Below are positions 21,263 through 31,264 of a stretch of DNA of 64,000 nt, piece by piece. The DNA lies in the NCBI GenBank assembly GCA_002422025.1, contig DISV01000004.1, forward strand, positions 102,578-166,577, read 5' to 3'. This DNA comes from Patescibacteria group bacterium UBA6201 (GTDB lineage Bacteria; Patescibacteriota; Minisyncoccia; Phycocordibacterales; UBA918). The notes beneath the pieces were generated by a model. It saw only the letters and a program-made list of their open reading frames with translations, was not told where the DNA came from and did no database searches. Both the position numbers and the translations under genes were made by a program. Each line of letters starts with the position of its first letter. Position 1 is the stretch's first letter.

Positions 21263-21547
21263 CTACTGTGAGAAAGGATTTGGACGTCCAGCCGACACAC
21301 TCTCCGGATTAGTGTTGAACGAAACTAAAGAGCGGAACCGTGCATCATCAAAAAAGTCCCGCGATAGATCAATATTTTGAATCTCATTCAGACGCATAAG
21401 AAATTCTGTTGCCAAAAGCTCCCCCTCACTTACACCACCATCAACAGCAAGATTAGCTTCTTTGTTAACCGAAAAAATATAATAACCAGCGTAAAGTAGG
21501 CCAGCCAGGACAATGAAAATCAAAAGGTTTTTTAGTAGAGATGACAT
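21263..21547 (-). CDS. Small pilus-associated membrane protein
   Basis: TM helix plus GRPNPF terminus, at the PilP position. Confidence 0.7.
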   Translation of the reverse strand: MSSLLKNLLIFIVLAGLLYAGYYIFSVNKEANLAVDGGVSEGELLATEFLMRLNEIQNIDLSRDFFDDARFRSLVSFNTNPESVSAGRPNPFSQ

Positions 21548-21555
21548 AATTTATC

Positions 21556-22179
21556 TTAAGACGCTGGCAAGGCGTAAGCCTCTAACAATAATGAGTACTG
21601 TAGCAAACTAGAATCAATTTCTTCAAGCTCAAATTTAAATTCAACTAACTTTAAAGGATAAGCATTTCGCTCCAAGTCACCGAGCATCGCCTTCATCTGT
21701 TCATATGTACCAACTACCTCAACTTCAAACTGCTGAACCACCAACACACCGCTCTGGCTTCCTAATAATTCTTGATCTACCAATGCACCAGTGTTCGGGT
21801 CATAGGCCGCGCTTTCTTCTACCTGGCCGTCGGCAGAATATACCGTAACCGGAAGTACCTCACTCGGGATTATATCTAGAAGCAAAAGACGGTTTCGAGA
21901 AACTATATTAGAGATATCATTTGCGACTAAAGTAGCGTCAATCTCTTTTGGTAAGTAACGTTCTAAAACCGATCGGTCATAGCCACTTAACGCGTTAGTT
22001 TGATTTACGAGAGTTTGTAACTGCTGGTTATAGCGACTAATATTGTCTAAAGCTGTTTGGTACGCCGCTACTTCACTTTGATCGATACGAATCGAATCTA
22101 TTTTTGGCTTCACGACACTAAAAGCGATAATTATCGCTACGACCAACAATGTAATTTGTATACCAACTTGAAATCTCAT
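21556..22179 (-). CDS. PilO-like alignment protein
   Basis: TM, coiled coil, VVGTYEQMKAMLGDLE; synteny. Confidence 0.75.
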   Translation of the reverse strand: MRFQVGIQITLLVVAIIIAFSVVKPKIDSIRIDQSEVAAYQTALDNISRYNQQLQTLVNQTNALSGYDRSVLERYLPKEIDATLVANDISNIVSRNRLLLLDIIPSEVLPVTVYSADGQVEESAAYDPNTGALVDQELLGSQSGVLVVQQFEVEVVGTYEQMKAMLGDLERNAYPLKLVEFKFELEEIDSSLLQYSLLLEAYALPAS

Positions 22180-22181
22180 AA

Positions 22182-22949
22182 TTATTGATTGACTTCCGTA
22201 GTCGACGTTGCCCCAACCTCCTCATTGTTGGTGACCGTGGATTCTGTAGCCTCGGTAGTGGAAGTAGCACTGTCGGTTATTACAACATTCTCTTCTCCCG
22301 TCAGGGGCTCTGCACCAGTCACAGTACTAGCCTCTTGTTCTGGTAGATAAGCGATACTGGATATATCTCGTGTGTCTGAGAACACGAATGAAAGGGTGGC
22401 TGAGCCAAGTATATTACTATCACCTTCGCCCTCACCAACACTGTAGTCATATTCTACAACCTTAGAGTCCTTGAGTAGACTACTGTTACCAAGAAGATTT
22501 TGTTGACTAATAATTTCTGTGAAATTATCTGCCTGACCAGTTAGATCAATTTGGAATTGATTGTTTGGTAAGTGCTGATAATGCATACCAGAAAAATAAA
22601 TATTTGAGGCAACTATTGCTTCAATGTCGCTAAAGATACGTGAAGGCGCCGAAGAGTTGTTTAAAAGTTCTTCAGCTGCAGCTAATCTCTGATGCAGTTG
22701 CTTAATGTTCTCTATGTCGTCCAAAGAGAACCTCTGTCTTTCTGCCACCATCTGATCACGCAATGAGGATAGGTCTCGGCTTACGATAGCTCCATAGACA
22801 TACACACCAATAACCGAAAACAATGTACTAAAAAAGACAATGTAGCTTATGTAAGCTAGCACGTAGATACGACGAGTACCTTTAGTGCGTTGCACCGTCT
22901 TTACTCCGCTTTTTGGTATGAAAGAAGTGCCTTCAGGCGCCATATACAA
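22182..22949 (-). CDS. PilN-like alignment protein
   Basis: TSFIPK then TM; synteny after pilM. Confidence 0.75.
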   Translation of the reverse strand: MYMAPEGTSFIPKSGVKTVQRTKGTRRIYVLAYISYIVFFSTLFSVIGVYVYGAIVSRDLSSLRDQMVAERQRFSLDDIENIKQLHQRLAAAEELLNNSSAPSRIFSDIEAIVASNIYFSGMHYQHLPNNQFQIDLTGQADNFTEIISQQNLLGNSSLLKDSKVVEYDYSVGEGEGDSNILGSATLSFVFSDTRDISSIAYLPEQEASTVTGAEPLTGEENVVITDSATSTTEATESTVTNNEEVGATSTTEVNQ

Positions 22950-23082
22950 TTTATTATACGCCCACTCTGCAAATCGCTTTTATTCTCTCTGTGGACAAGG
23001 TTCTTTAAACTATCTGGTTATATGGTCTTTTAGTTTTCTGGTCGGATGGTTTCTGCTAATCCCTACGACTATATTGGCAACT

Positions 23083-24168
23083 TTATTGGAATTTGCGTAG
23101 TGCGGCGCCGAGCGCCACACCAAAAGATGAACCAATGGTTTTTAAAGTATCCTCCATAAACGCTGGATAAGCGACCTTAGCAAAAGGATGTGCCAATTCC
23201 ACTGGCCGAGCAAATCGTTCTTTAATGTACTCTAAGGCGTAAGGAGACGCAGAAACGCCACCCGTGATAACAATACGACCAATCTGTTCATTCAGACGGG
23301 CTTCGTACTGACCAATCAGTCGGCCAAATTCTGAAAGTGAGTTTTCTAAGACTGAAGTCATAGACTGATAGATAACTGGTCCCTGCTCTACCCCTCTATC
23401 AAAGGCACGCTTCTGATTCTCAGCTTCTTCAAAACCTATATTTAAACGTTCTGCGGTCAATCGAGTAATCTCACGACCACCCTGGCCGACGCGATGGAGT
23501 CGCTCCAACATACCGCCGCGGACTATGTATAACTTAGAACTTTTTGCACCAAGATCAATAATGGCTAGCGTCGAATCTTTCTGACGCCACAGAGACCGAA
23601 TCAAACTAAATGCTTCTATTTCTGCCGATTCTCCAGTCATACCAATCGCAGCAAATAGTTCTCGATGCTCTGCTAGAGCCTTATTCTCTATTGCGGCTAC
23701 AAGCACTTCTTTAAGATTACTTTTATTGTCTCCAACTGGGGGCAACTCGGACCAATCTAGAGTAACATCACTTAAAGGTAGTGGAACATACTTGCGAGCC
23801 TCGACAGGAATACGATTCGCTATATCTTCTTGTGGGCCTACGGTCACTGGAATAACAGTCAAGAAACTGGAATATAAGGACATTGCCAAAGCGCCATTAT
23901 GACCACTGACGCCAGACTCACGCATCACGTCGGTTACAGCCTCTATTTTTTTCTCTCTGGACAAGTCCACTATTTCACCCAAAGGCTTAGCATCATAAGG
24001 GCCAAGTTGGAGCTCTCCATATGTACGTAACATTACCGTGCGTGGTGTCTCTTCTATTTCTACAACCTTTACTGAAGCACTACCAACATCAATACCTACA
24101 GTGGTGGCACCAGCGTCTTTTGTCGCCTCTCTCACTCCACCAAATATTTTTTTAAAGGAAAAGACCAT
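23083..24168 (-). CDS. pilM: Pilus assembly protein PilM
   Basis: GIDVGSASVKVVE, EARKYVP, IDLGA, VALGAALR. Confidence 0.93.
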   Translation of the reverse strand: MVFSFKKIFGGVREATKDAGATTVGIDVGSASVKVVEIEETPRTVMLRTYGELQLGPYDAKPLGEIVDLSREKKIEAVTDVMRESGVSGHNGALAMSLYSSFLTVIPVTVGPQEDIANRIPVEARKYVPLPLSDVTLDWSELPPVGDNKSNLKEVLVAAIENKALAEHRELFAAIGMTGESAEIEAFSLIRSLWRQKDSTLAIIDLGAKSSKLYIVRGGMLERLHRVGQGGREITRLTAERLNIGFEEAENQKRAFDRGVEQGPVIYQSMTSVLENSLSEFGRLIGQYEARLNEQIGRIVITGGVSASPYALEYIKERFARPVELAHPFAKVAYPAFMEDTLKTIGSSFGVALGAALRKFQ

Positions 24169-24254
24169 ATTAGTAACAAGTTCAAAAATAAAAATGTAAA
24201 AAAGTTACAATTTAAAATTGAATGACACTATCATTATAACGTTAATACACAAAA

Positions 24255-24860
24255 ATGCTGGCATTGTTTTTAAAATTCTGTGAGTATGTCTTTCCACAAC
24301 GAGTGGAGTACCGTATGGTACATGACCTTGAAATAGACGATTTATTATTTCACCTATTACCAACCACTCGTGACAATATAGTTTCGTTACTGCCTTTCAA
24401 TGAGCCCATTGTTCGTGCTGTCATACATGAGGCAAAATTCCAACACAACGAAAAGGCTTGGGGTTTACTAGGAGAGGTATTGGTACAATATTTAAAACAC
24501 CACGACAGAGACACGGTACTGATACCAATCCCCTTGTCGGAAACAAGACGTCACAAACGTAAGTATAACCAAGTAGCGGAAATAGCTAAGTGCGCACAAA
24601 AATTATTGGTACATCAGAAACTTAGCAGTGACGCCCTGTTTAGAAAACGCGACACTGTGCCACAAACCACTCTGAATCGCAAAGAAAGATTGAAGAATGT
24701 TGCGGACGCCTTCGGCGTCCGCAACATTCTCCAAATCAAAAACCAAAACGTCATTATCCTCGACGACGTAGCTACGACTGGTGCAACCCTCAAAGCAGCC
24801 CATATGGCTTTAGAGGCACATCACCCCACCTCCATCACTCTCCTTTCTCTGGCTCGTTAG
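24255..24860 (+). CDS. comF: ComF-family phosphoribosyltransferase-like protein
   Basis: IPIPLS, RKYNQ, ILDDVATTGATL. Confidence 0.85.
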   Translation: MLALFLKFCEYVFPQRVEYRMVHDLEIDDLLFHLLPTTRDNIVSLLPFNEPIVRAVIHEAKFQHNEKAWGLLGEVLVQYLKHHDRDTVLIPIPLSETRRHKRKYNQVAEIAKCAQKLLVHQKLSSDALFRKRDTVPQTTLNRKERLKNVADAFGVRNILQIKNQNVIILDDVATTGATLKAAHMALEAHHPTSITLLSLAR

Positions 24861-24911
24861 AAACGCTCTGAGGTCTCGCCGCCTAAATAATTGCTCAAGG
24901 GGCATCGAAAC

Positions 24912-26132
24912 TTAGGGTAGTTTCAAAGCCAAGCGCTCGAGTGCCACCTTAAAGGCTGCAATTCTCATTGTCACTCCTAATACCTCAGCATTGCCATATA
25001 TATTGTCAGCTTGCGAAACTAAGGTCTCACGCAACCTCTTTAAAACCTCTTCCTCACTCCAATGTTCTCCTTTTATATTTTGTTCCCATTCTAAAGTCGA
25101 CACCACCACCCCGCCGGCATTAGCTAGAATATCCGGTACGACCTTGACGCCTCGCTTCCATAAAATATCATCGGCTTCTGGTGTAGTTGGTCCATTCGCC
25201 AGCTCTAACACCATCTTTGCCTGTACATGCGGAGCATTTTCCTCAGTTAACTGGTTTTCGAGTGCCGCTGGCACCAATACATCCACTGGTAATTCTAGCA
25301 ACTCGGCGTTTGTGAGCATCTTCACGTTTGGAAAACCTTTCAAAGAACGATGTTCCGCTTTATATCTCTCAACCGCTTCCGGATCGAGTCCTTCTTCATT
25401 ATAAATAGCGTCCTTTGAATCTGACATTGCCACCACTTTGTGACTGTGATTTACGAATATGCGGGCAGCGTGCCCACCCACATTACCCATTCCTTGCACC
25501 GCAACAGATACGCTACCGGCAAGATTCAACTTTTCCCTCAGGGCTTCGAATACGTAATACCCGCCCTGACCTGTCGCCACACCTCTTCCTTCCGACCCGC
25601 CCTCTTTGACGGGTTTACCAGTAAAAGCCGCTCGGGATGTATCACCTGTCAGTTTTTCATATTCATCAACCATCCAAGACATTATTTCTGGAGTGGTATT
25701 AACATCCGGTGCCGGCACATCGACCTGGGGACCAAGGTCACGGTAGAGAGCACGAACGAAGCCACGAGACAAACGTTCGAGCTCGGCAGATGAAAGCATA
25801 TCCGGATCGACAACCACCCCACCCTTCCCGCCACCCATCAAAATATCAGCCACAGCGGTCTTCATAGTCATCCACAGAGCTAAAGCACGCACTTCATCCA
25901 AATTGGCTTCAGGATGAAAGCGTATTCCACCCTTATATGGACCACGTAAGCTACAGTGTTGCACTCGGTACCCCTCAAAGAAGCGTGTCGAACCATCATC
26001 CATCGTAAGTGGTATCGTGACAGTAATCTCCCGCTCAGCCCTGGATAGTCGTTCTATAAGTTCGTTCGGGAAGTCGCTACCATGTGCTGCCAGATGAAGT
26101 TGTCTCTGGGCACTTTCAAACGGATTAACCAT
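24912..26132 (-). CDS. gdhA: Glu/Leu/Phe/Val dehydrogenase
   Basis: GPYKGGIRF, GGGKGG, DVPAPD, GMGNVG, NAGGV. Confidence 0.92.
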   Translation of the reverse strand: MVNPFESAQRQLHLAAHGSDFPNELIERLSRAEREITVTIPLTMDDGSTRFFEGYRVQHCSLRGPYKGGIRFHPEANLDEVRALALWMTMKTAVADILMGGGKGGVVVDPDMLSSAELERLSRGFVRALYRDLGPQVDVPAPDVNTTPEIMSWMVDEYEKLTGDTSRAAFTGKPVKEGGSEGRGVATGQGGYYVFEALREKLNLAGSVSVAVQGMGNVGGHAARIFVNHSHKVVAMSDSKDAIYNEEGLDPEAVERYKAEHRSLKGFPNVKMLTNAELLELPVDVLVPAALENQLTEENAPHVQAKMVLELANGPTTPEADDILWKRGVKVVPDILANAGGVVVSTLEWEQNIKGEHWSEEEVLKRLRETLVSQADNIYGNAEVLGVTMRIAAFKVALERLALKLP

Positions 26133-26296
26133 GAAAATATTTGTTGTTAAAGAACCTATATCATACATCACAGAGTGATTTTCGCGTCTAAATGGCCCGT
26201 TTGGAGTATAACTAAGTTATACACAGTTGCGCTTGGCAAGGCCAAAAAGGCCATTTTCAGTGCTAAACTATTCACATAACAGTAATTTATACCGAC

Positions 26297-26551
26297 ATGC
26301 CAAAAGCTAATTCAGCGTTTATGAAGCCGATGACTATCAGCCCAGAGTTGGCTGAGGTGGTTGGAAAAGGTCCTATGCCCCGTTCAGAGGTAGTAAAAGA
26401 AATCTGGGCTTACATTAAGAAGAACGATTTGCAAAATCCAGCCAATAAACGAAACATCCTCGCTGATGACAAACTCAAAGCTGTCTTTGGCGGCAAGAGT
26501 GAGGTAACAATGTTTGAAATGACCAAGCTCGTCTCTGCACACCTCTCATAA
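26297..26551 (+). CDS. SWIB/MDM2 domain protein
   Basis: ISPELAEVVG...RSEVVKEIWAYIKKNDLQNP...MFEMTKLVSAHL. Confidence 0.9.
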   Translation: MPKANSAFMKPMTISPELAEVVGKGPMPRSEVVKEIWAYIKKNDLQNPANKRNILADDKLKAVFGGKSEVTMFEMTKLVSAHLS

Positions 26552-26592
26552 TCAAAATCGTTCAGTTGACGTAAACGTCCCTCTCTGCGAAA

Positions 26593-26820
26593 ATGCCGAG
26601 AGGGACGTTTGTAAATGGAGAGAATTTGATGACGGGTATTCTGGCTGAAAACCAGGCTTTGTACGACATACGAAAGACATTGACGATTGATGAAATAATG
26701 GATATAGAGGAATCTGATCCAGATGCGCTAATCATAAGTTTTTGGCTCTTCGTACCAGACAGAAATGCATTGTTTGACATGGTCATGATGACCTTTTGGT
26801 CTATTTTTGGTATCAGGTAA
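26593..26820 (+). CDS. Orphan small protein (start probably near 26629)
   Basis: GGAG before MTGILAE; convergent terminator at 26857-26892. Confidence 0.4.
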   Translation: MPRGTFVNGENLMTGILAENQALYDIRKTLTIDEIMDIEESDPDALIISFWLFVPDRNALFDMVMMTFWSIFGIR

Positions 26821-26904
26821 CAAGCAGACAATAAAGGTTAGTCCCAGAGAAAATAGAAAAGGCGCCGACAGCATAGCTGCGGCGCCCTTTTGTTGATAAT
26901 CTAG

Positions 26905-27087
26905 TCAACAAACGTCGATGTGTATCTGTGACGACCCATCATCACGATTGCACCCCGGCAATCGTTTTGGATGGACCTCTTTTGGATCAAGGTCGCCGTC
27001 GGCAACAGCGCGCCATAATTTCGAAGCAGGGCCAGATTCAGCCACAACTTCTCTTTCCTTTTCAAGACCACTTTTTTCTCCGTCCAT
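26905..27087 (-). CDS. Orphan small protein
   Basis: AGGAG SD upstream, terminator downstream. Confidence 0.5.
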   Translation of the reverse strand: MDGEKSGLEKEREVVAESGPASKLWRAVADGDLDPKEVHPKRLPGCNRDDGSSQIHIDVC

Positions 27088-27420
27088 TTTTTTCTCCTTA
27101 AATTGGACGTTGACTAAGACGTTGATTAAACTAAACAGAACTAAACCCTCTCCTCAAAATATAAGGTCAACCCATTACAGAATCAACCCTGTATTTCTTG
27201 GAGCGTTACTACACGCGAGCCAACCCGACCCTGTTTTTGAGGATCGTCAGAGACATAAGGAAAAACCAATTTATGGCCCTTTGTGTTTCCTGTGTCGACT
27301 TACCTGTCATAAAGTGAATATAGCTCCGCACTATAGAAGTGTCAACCAAGAGAAGTGCCTAGTGTGGATATCGTGCACTACTTGACGAGTCAGATAAAAG
27401 CCCCGACTTATGCGTATAGT

Positions 27421-27725
27421 TTATTCACTTCGCAGAGCATCAACTGGTTGAAGCTTTGACGCACGACGCGCCGGATACACACCAAAAACTACACCAACTG
27501 CAAGTGCGATGAAAGCAGCAAAGAATATAACCTGCCAAGAAATAATAATGGTCACAAAGTTACTGTTTGCGAGTACCTGATTAGCTAAAGTAGAACCTCC
27601 GATTGCGATAATAATGCCGACAATGCCACCAAAAACAGTAAGTAGTACCGATTCGGTAAGTATCTGAAGTAAGATATCCCGATCACGAGCGCCAACCGCT
27701 TTTGTAACTCGATTTCTTTATGCGA
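27421..27725 (-). pseudogene. C-terminal fragment of a MacB-like ABC permease
   Basis: AVGARDRDILLQILTESVLLTVFGG...FGVYPARRASKLQPVDALRSE*; no 5' part. Confidence 0.8.
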
Positions 27726-27787
27726 CACAAAACATACACTATCTTCTTTTTCGACCGTAGTATTAAGTCCTGCGGCCCATTCAACTA

Positions 27788-28357
27788 TCAAGTATTTTGC
27801 CACTCAATAATATATTCAATCGGATAAATAAAGTTCACTATATTGAGAGTGAGATTGTCTCGGATTGAGATGCCGACGAGCAGTTCAAGAATAACGGCCA
27901 ACCCTATGATTACCCATAGAGGACTAAACCGTGCAATCACAAAACCAACGATCATTGCAAAAGTATCAGAGACTGAGTTTATGATACTGTCGCCAGAGTA
28001 AGTCTGTGCAATCTCTTGTGCGCGATACGCACCAATCACCCATGGAGTATTTTCAAGTAGTTCCCAAGCCACTTCCCCACCTATGGCTATACAGAGTCGC
28101 TGACTGGCTGATAGTCGTGGAAATAACACCATGGTTGCTGCATAAAAAAGAAAGCCGTGAATGATGTGCGAGAAGGTAAACCAATCAGTTAGATGTTGGG
28201 AATCAGTTGCTAAGTGGAGTGCCCCTTCCCAAAGGGATACATATCCGCAAGGACATATAGGATTTCTGCCCAACAAAAATAAAGTGACCACCTGAATAAC
28301 AATCAGCAATGCGATCCAGATAAGTGGTGCGTATTTGTGTTTCGTAAGGATATACAT
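27788..28357 (-). CDS. DUF2585-family membrane protein
   Basis: GRNPICPCG, SQHLTDW, WELLEN, YSGDSIINS, IRDNLTLN. Confidence 0.85.
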   Translation of the reverse strand: MYILTKHKYAPLIWIALLIVIQVVTLFLLGRNPICPCGYVSLWEGALHLATDSQHLTDWFTFSHIIHGFLFYAATMVLFPRLSASQRLCIAIGGEVAWELLENTPWVIGAYRAQEIAQTYSGDSIINSVSDTFAMIVGFVIARFSPLWVIIGLAVILELLVGISIRDNLTLNIVNFIYPIEYIIEWQNT

Positions 28358-28359
28358 AA

Positions 28360-29052
28360 TTAGCTAATGTAATAACCAGGTGGCGGCCAGGTGTGTAAAA
28401 GAGTGGCAACAAGAATGTAAAACAAAAGGTGTATTGTGTAGGAATACACGAAACCGGCGCGCGCACGCAAGATAAGAAATGGAAAGACAAACGAGGAAAG
28501 AAGCGCACCAATCGTGATAATTACTCCATATGGAGTAGGCATCCCACTTACAAACACATACGCTATATGTATACTGACAAATAAAACAGCGTACGCTATC
28601 ACAACTTTTTTAAAGGACTTGAGTCCATCAACGAGTGCCTGAATAAGAATCAATATCAATATTTGTTGCAATAGAATCTCGGCTGCCTTAGGGAGAAAAT
28701 ACCATGGAGTAGCTAAAAGAATATCGGAATATGGAGCAAAAACCGGTCCAGTTAAGGTTGGCAGAAAGGAGTAGATATAGAGTATCCCCCAAACAACAAA
28801 AAATGCACCGATACTTAAAGTGGCGTACCACCACAATCTTTTCCCTAAGGGGAACCTCCGTCCATATAGGTATTCAAAATATAAAATCGCCACCACTGCC
28901 CAACCAGAGAAATAAAGAAAGATCCCTATCGGACTTGTGTTGTAGCTTGCGGCGTCACTTCCCGAAAATATAAAGTAATAGCCAATATTTGCTAATGCCC
29001 AGATAGCAGCCACAAAGATGAGACGCGCAGATATTTTTTTCCAGTCATGCAT
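28360..29052 (-). CDS. Multi-TM hypothetical protein
   Basis: About seven hydrophobic segments; start reset to MHDWKK because the longer ORF overlaps a tRNA. Confidence 0.75.
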   Translation of the reverse strand: MHDWKKISARLIFVAAIWALANIGYYFIFSGSDAASYNTSPIGIFLYFSGWAVVAILYFEYLYGRRFPLGKRLWWYATLSIGAFFVVWGILYIYSFLPTLTGPVFAPYSDILLATPWYFLPKAAEILLQQILILILIQALVDGLKSFKKVVIAYAVLFVSIHIAYVFVSGMPTPYGVIITIGALLSSFVFPFLILRARAGFVYSYTIHLLFYILVATLLHTWPPPGYYIS

Positions 29053-29140
29053 ACATCCACAGTATAGAGCATGTGTAATACTCTGTCTCCGCGAACAAAA
29101 CAGAATCACCCAACACTTGTGTGTTGGGCTGATTGTTTTG

Positions 29141-29227
29141 CGGAGGATGTGAGATTCGAACTCACGGGCAGTTTTACCCGCCGGCGGTTTAGTAAACCGC
29201 TGGTTTAAACCACTCACCCAATCCTCC
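29141..29227 (-). tRNA. tRNA-Ser(ACT)
   Basis: GGAGGAT...ATCCTCC G, long variable arm, arm GCGGT-TTACTAA-ACCGC. Confidence 0.9.
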
Positions 29228-29300
29228 ATATATTCGCTTCACTTAACTCCAACCGAGAACAGTGGCGACATTATAATCAGTTGAGGTGAAAAGTCTATAC

Positions 29301-29481
29301 ACGGGGACGGAAGGAGGGATTCAGTCACGAATAATTTTGTAATACAAAATTTTCTCGACCCCAGCTCGCTGGCCTGCGGCATCGCTCCGCTTTTCGAATC
29401 CCTCCGTAAAGCAAAGCAGTTTACTTTACTCCTTTTCCGCCCAATAAAATAACCACCCTAGTGGGTGGTATTTTATACGGG
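29301..29481 (-). mobile_element. tRNA-Ser(GCT) mini-element, core type A (176 bp unit)
   Basis: Direct repeat aaggagggattc at 29311 and 29487; antisense copy 29393-29442 split by a hairpin. Confidence 0.85.
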
Positions 29482-29568
29482 CGGAAAAGGAGGGATTCGA
29501 ACCCTCGAGGGTTTTGACACCCTACCTCCTTAGCAAGGAGGCACATTCGACCACTCTGACACTTTTCC
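29482..29568 (-). tRNA. tRNA-Ser(GCT)
   Basis: GGAAAAG...CTTTTCC G; arm CCTCC-TTGCTAA-GGAGG; long variable arm. Confidence 0.93.
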
Positions 29569-29681
29569 AATGTGCAGTACATATTGCCCTATTTAAGGCA
29601 TCTTTTCAAATGTTTATATAACTTCTGCATCTTTTCAAAGTTTCACTTATATGCGATGCTTGAATTAGCGAAAGGGAGGAG

Positions 29682-29903
29682 GTGTACAAAATGAAAGCCC
29701 GTTTGGAGCTAGTACTGTATGGCCGCATCGCGAAAGGTTGCTTGGCCCACAACATCGCTTCCAAGACCTCGGAAGCACCGTCAACAACAAAAGACACGCG
29801 GTCGAATGACTGTGGCGAAGTGTTCGACTGGCTAATGGGACGAACTGGTTTGACTTACGAATGTTTGAGCAGAATGCCCATTCGGTCACGCGCGCGCATG
29901 TAG
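29682..29903 (+). CDS. Orphan small protein
   Basis: Strong GGAGGAGG SD before ATG 29691. Confidence 0.45.
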   Translation: MYKMKARLELVLYGRIAKGCLAHNIASKTSEAPSTTKDTRSNDCGEVFDWLMGRTGLTYECLSRMPIRSRARM

Positions 29904-29989
29904 TGATGCGCCCAAAGCTGTAATTAACTGTAATTAAATAATGGCCATGCACCTCTTAAGATGCATGGCCTAAATTTATTTGTCCAATA

Positions 29990-31201
29990 TTATTTGATCA
30001 CACTAGCCACCGCCTTAACCAAACCTGGGGTCATAACTGACGGAATTATGTTATCGGCAGTTGGTTTTTTTACCAACGAAGCAATCTTCTTAGCAGCAGC
30101 AAGCTTCATTGCATCAGTAATAGCCTTCACATTGCGGTCCAGGGCCCCACGGAAGATGCCAGGGAAAGCGAGCGAGTTATTGACTTGATTAGGAAAATCA
30201 CTCCGTCCAGTTGCTACCACTGCGGCACCGGCGCGCTTCGCGTCATCGGGGTAAATTTCTGGTACCGGATTGGCGAGAGCAAATACCACAGCCTTATCAG
30301 CCATTCTTTCAATATGATGACGTGTGATAGTACCAGGACCAGACACACCAACAATAACGTCAGCGCCAGTCACTGCCTCCATTACCTCTCCCTTAATGTG
30401 TCGTGGATTAGTAATCTTAGAAAGTTCTTTTTTATAACCTGTGAGCCCTGGACGACCGGACACAATCACACCGCTACGGTCAGTCACAATAACATCCTCC
30501 ACTTTAGCCTCTCGAAGCAATTTAGCAATAGCGCATCCGGCTGCCCCGGAACCAACAATCACCACTTTCATATCCTCCATCTTCTTCCCCACTACTTTTG
30601 CCGCGTTTATAAGGCCAGCCAACACCACAATCGCTGTGCCGTGTTGATCGTCGTGCATCACTGGAATGTCTAGCTCTGCCTTTAGTCTCTCTTCAATAAT
30701 GAAACATTGTGGTGCAGCAATATCCTCAAGGTTAATTCCACCAAAAGTCGGAGCAATCGCTTTTACTACTTTAATGATTTCTTCTGGATCATGTACATCA
30801 AGTACGATTGGAAATGCATCCACTCCTGCCATCGCTTTAAATATTGCGCACTTTCCCTCCATTACCGGTAAGGCTCCTAAAGGACCAAGGTTCCCAAGCC
30901 CTAAGACTGCCGTACCGTCTGATACCACTGCCACTGTATTGCGCTTAATAGTATAGTCACGCGCTTCTTTAGGCCTCTTTGCCAAATGCGAAGAAACTGC
31001 ACCGACGCCTGGTGTGTAAATCGTACTCCAATCGTCACGAGTCTTTAGCTCTACCTTACCAACCACTTCAAGCTTACCTTTCAATTTTTTATGTAGAGCT
31101 AAGGCTAATTTGTTGTAATCCTTGCGAAATACACCCTGCGCTCGCTCAGACTTTAAGGAACCTGCGACTTTCTTTTTAGTGATAGTTTTCTTTTTCGGCA
31201 T
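29990..31201 (-). CDS. NAD(P)-dependent malic enzyme
   Basis: YTPGV, DGTAVLGLG, PVMEGK, HDDQHGTA, ATGRSDFPNQVNN. Confidence 0.95.
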   Translation of the reverse strand: MPKKKTITKKKVAGSLKSERAQGVFRKDYNKLALALHKKLKGKLEVVGKVELKTRDDWSTIYTPGVGAVSSHLAKRPKEARDYTIKRNTVAVVSDGTAVLGLGNLGPLGALPVMEGKCAIFKAMAGVDAFPIVLDVHDPEEIIKVVKAIAPTFGGINLEDIAAPQCFIIEERLKAELDIPVMHDDQHGTAIVVLAGLINAAKVVGKKMEDMKVVIVGSGAAGCAIAKLLREAKVEDVIVTDRSGVIVSGRPGLTGYKKELSKITNPRHIKGEVMEAVTGADVIVGVSGPGTITRHHIERMADKAVVFALANPVPEIYPDDAKRAGAAVVATGRSDFPNQVNNSLAFPGIFRGALDRNVKAITDAMKLAAAKKIASLVKKPTADNIIPSVMTPGLVKAVASVIK

Positions 31202-31264
31202 AATAGAGAAAAGTATATCATCTCAAATCAGAAAAAGACTCTGTTTGCTGGTAAAATAGATACC

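Noticed and set aside
29055-29140. A further mini-element at tRNA-Ser(ACT)
   Set aside because: Only a short antisense trace (ctccgc..caaaaca) next to the terminator; no core or direct repeat.
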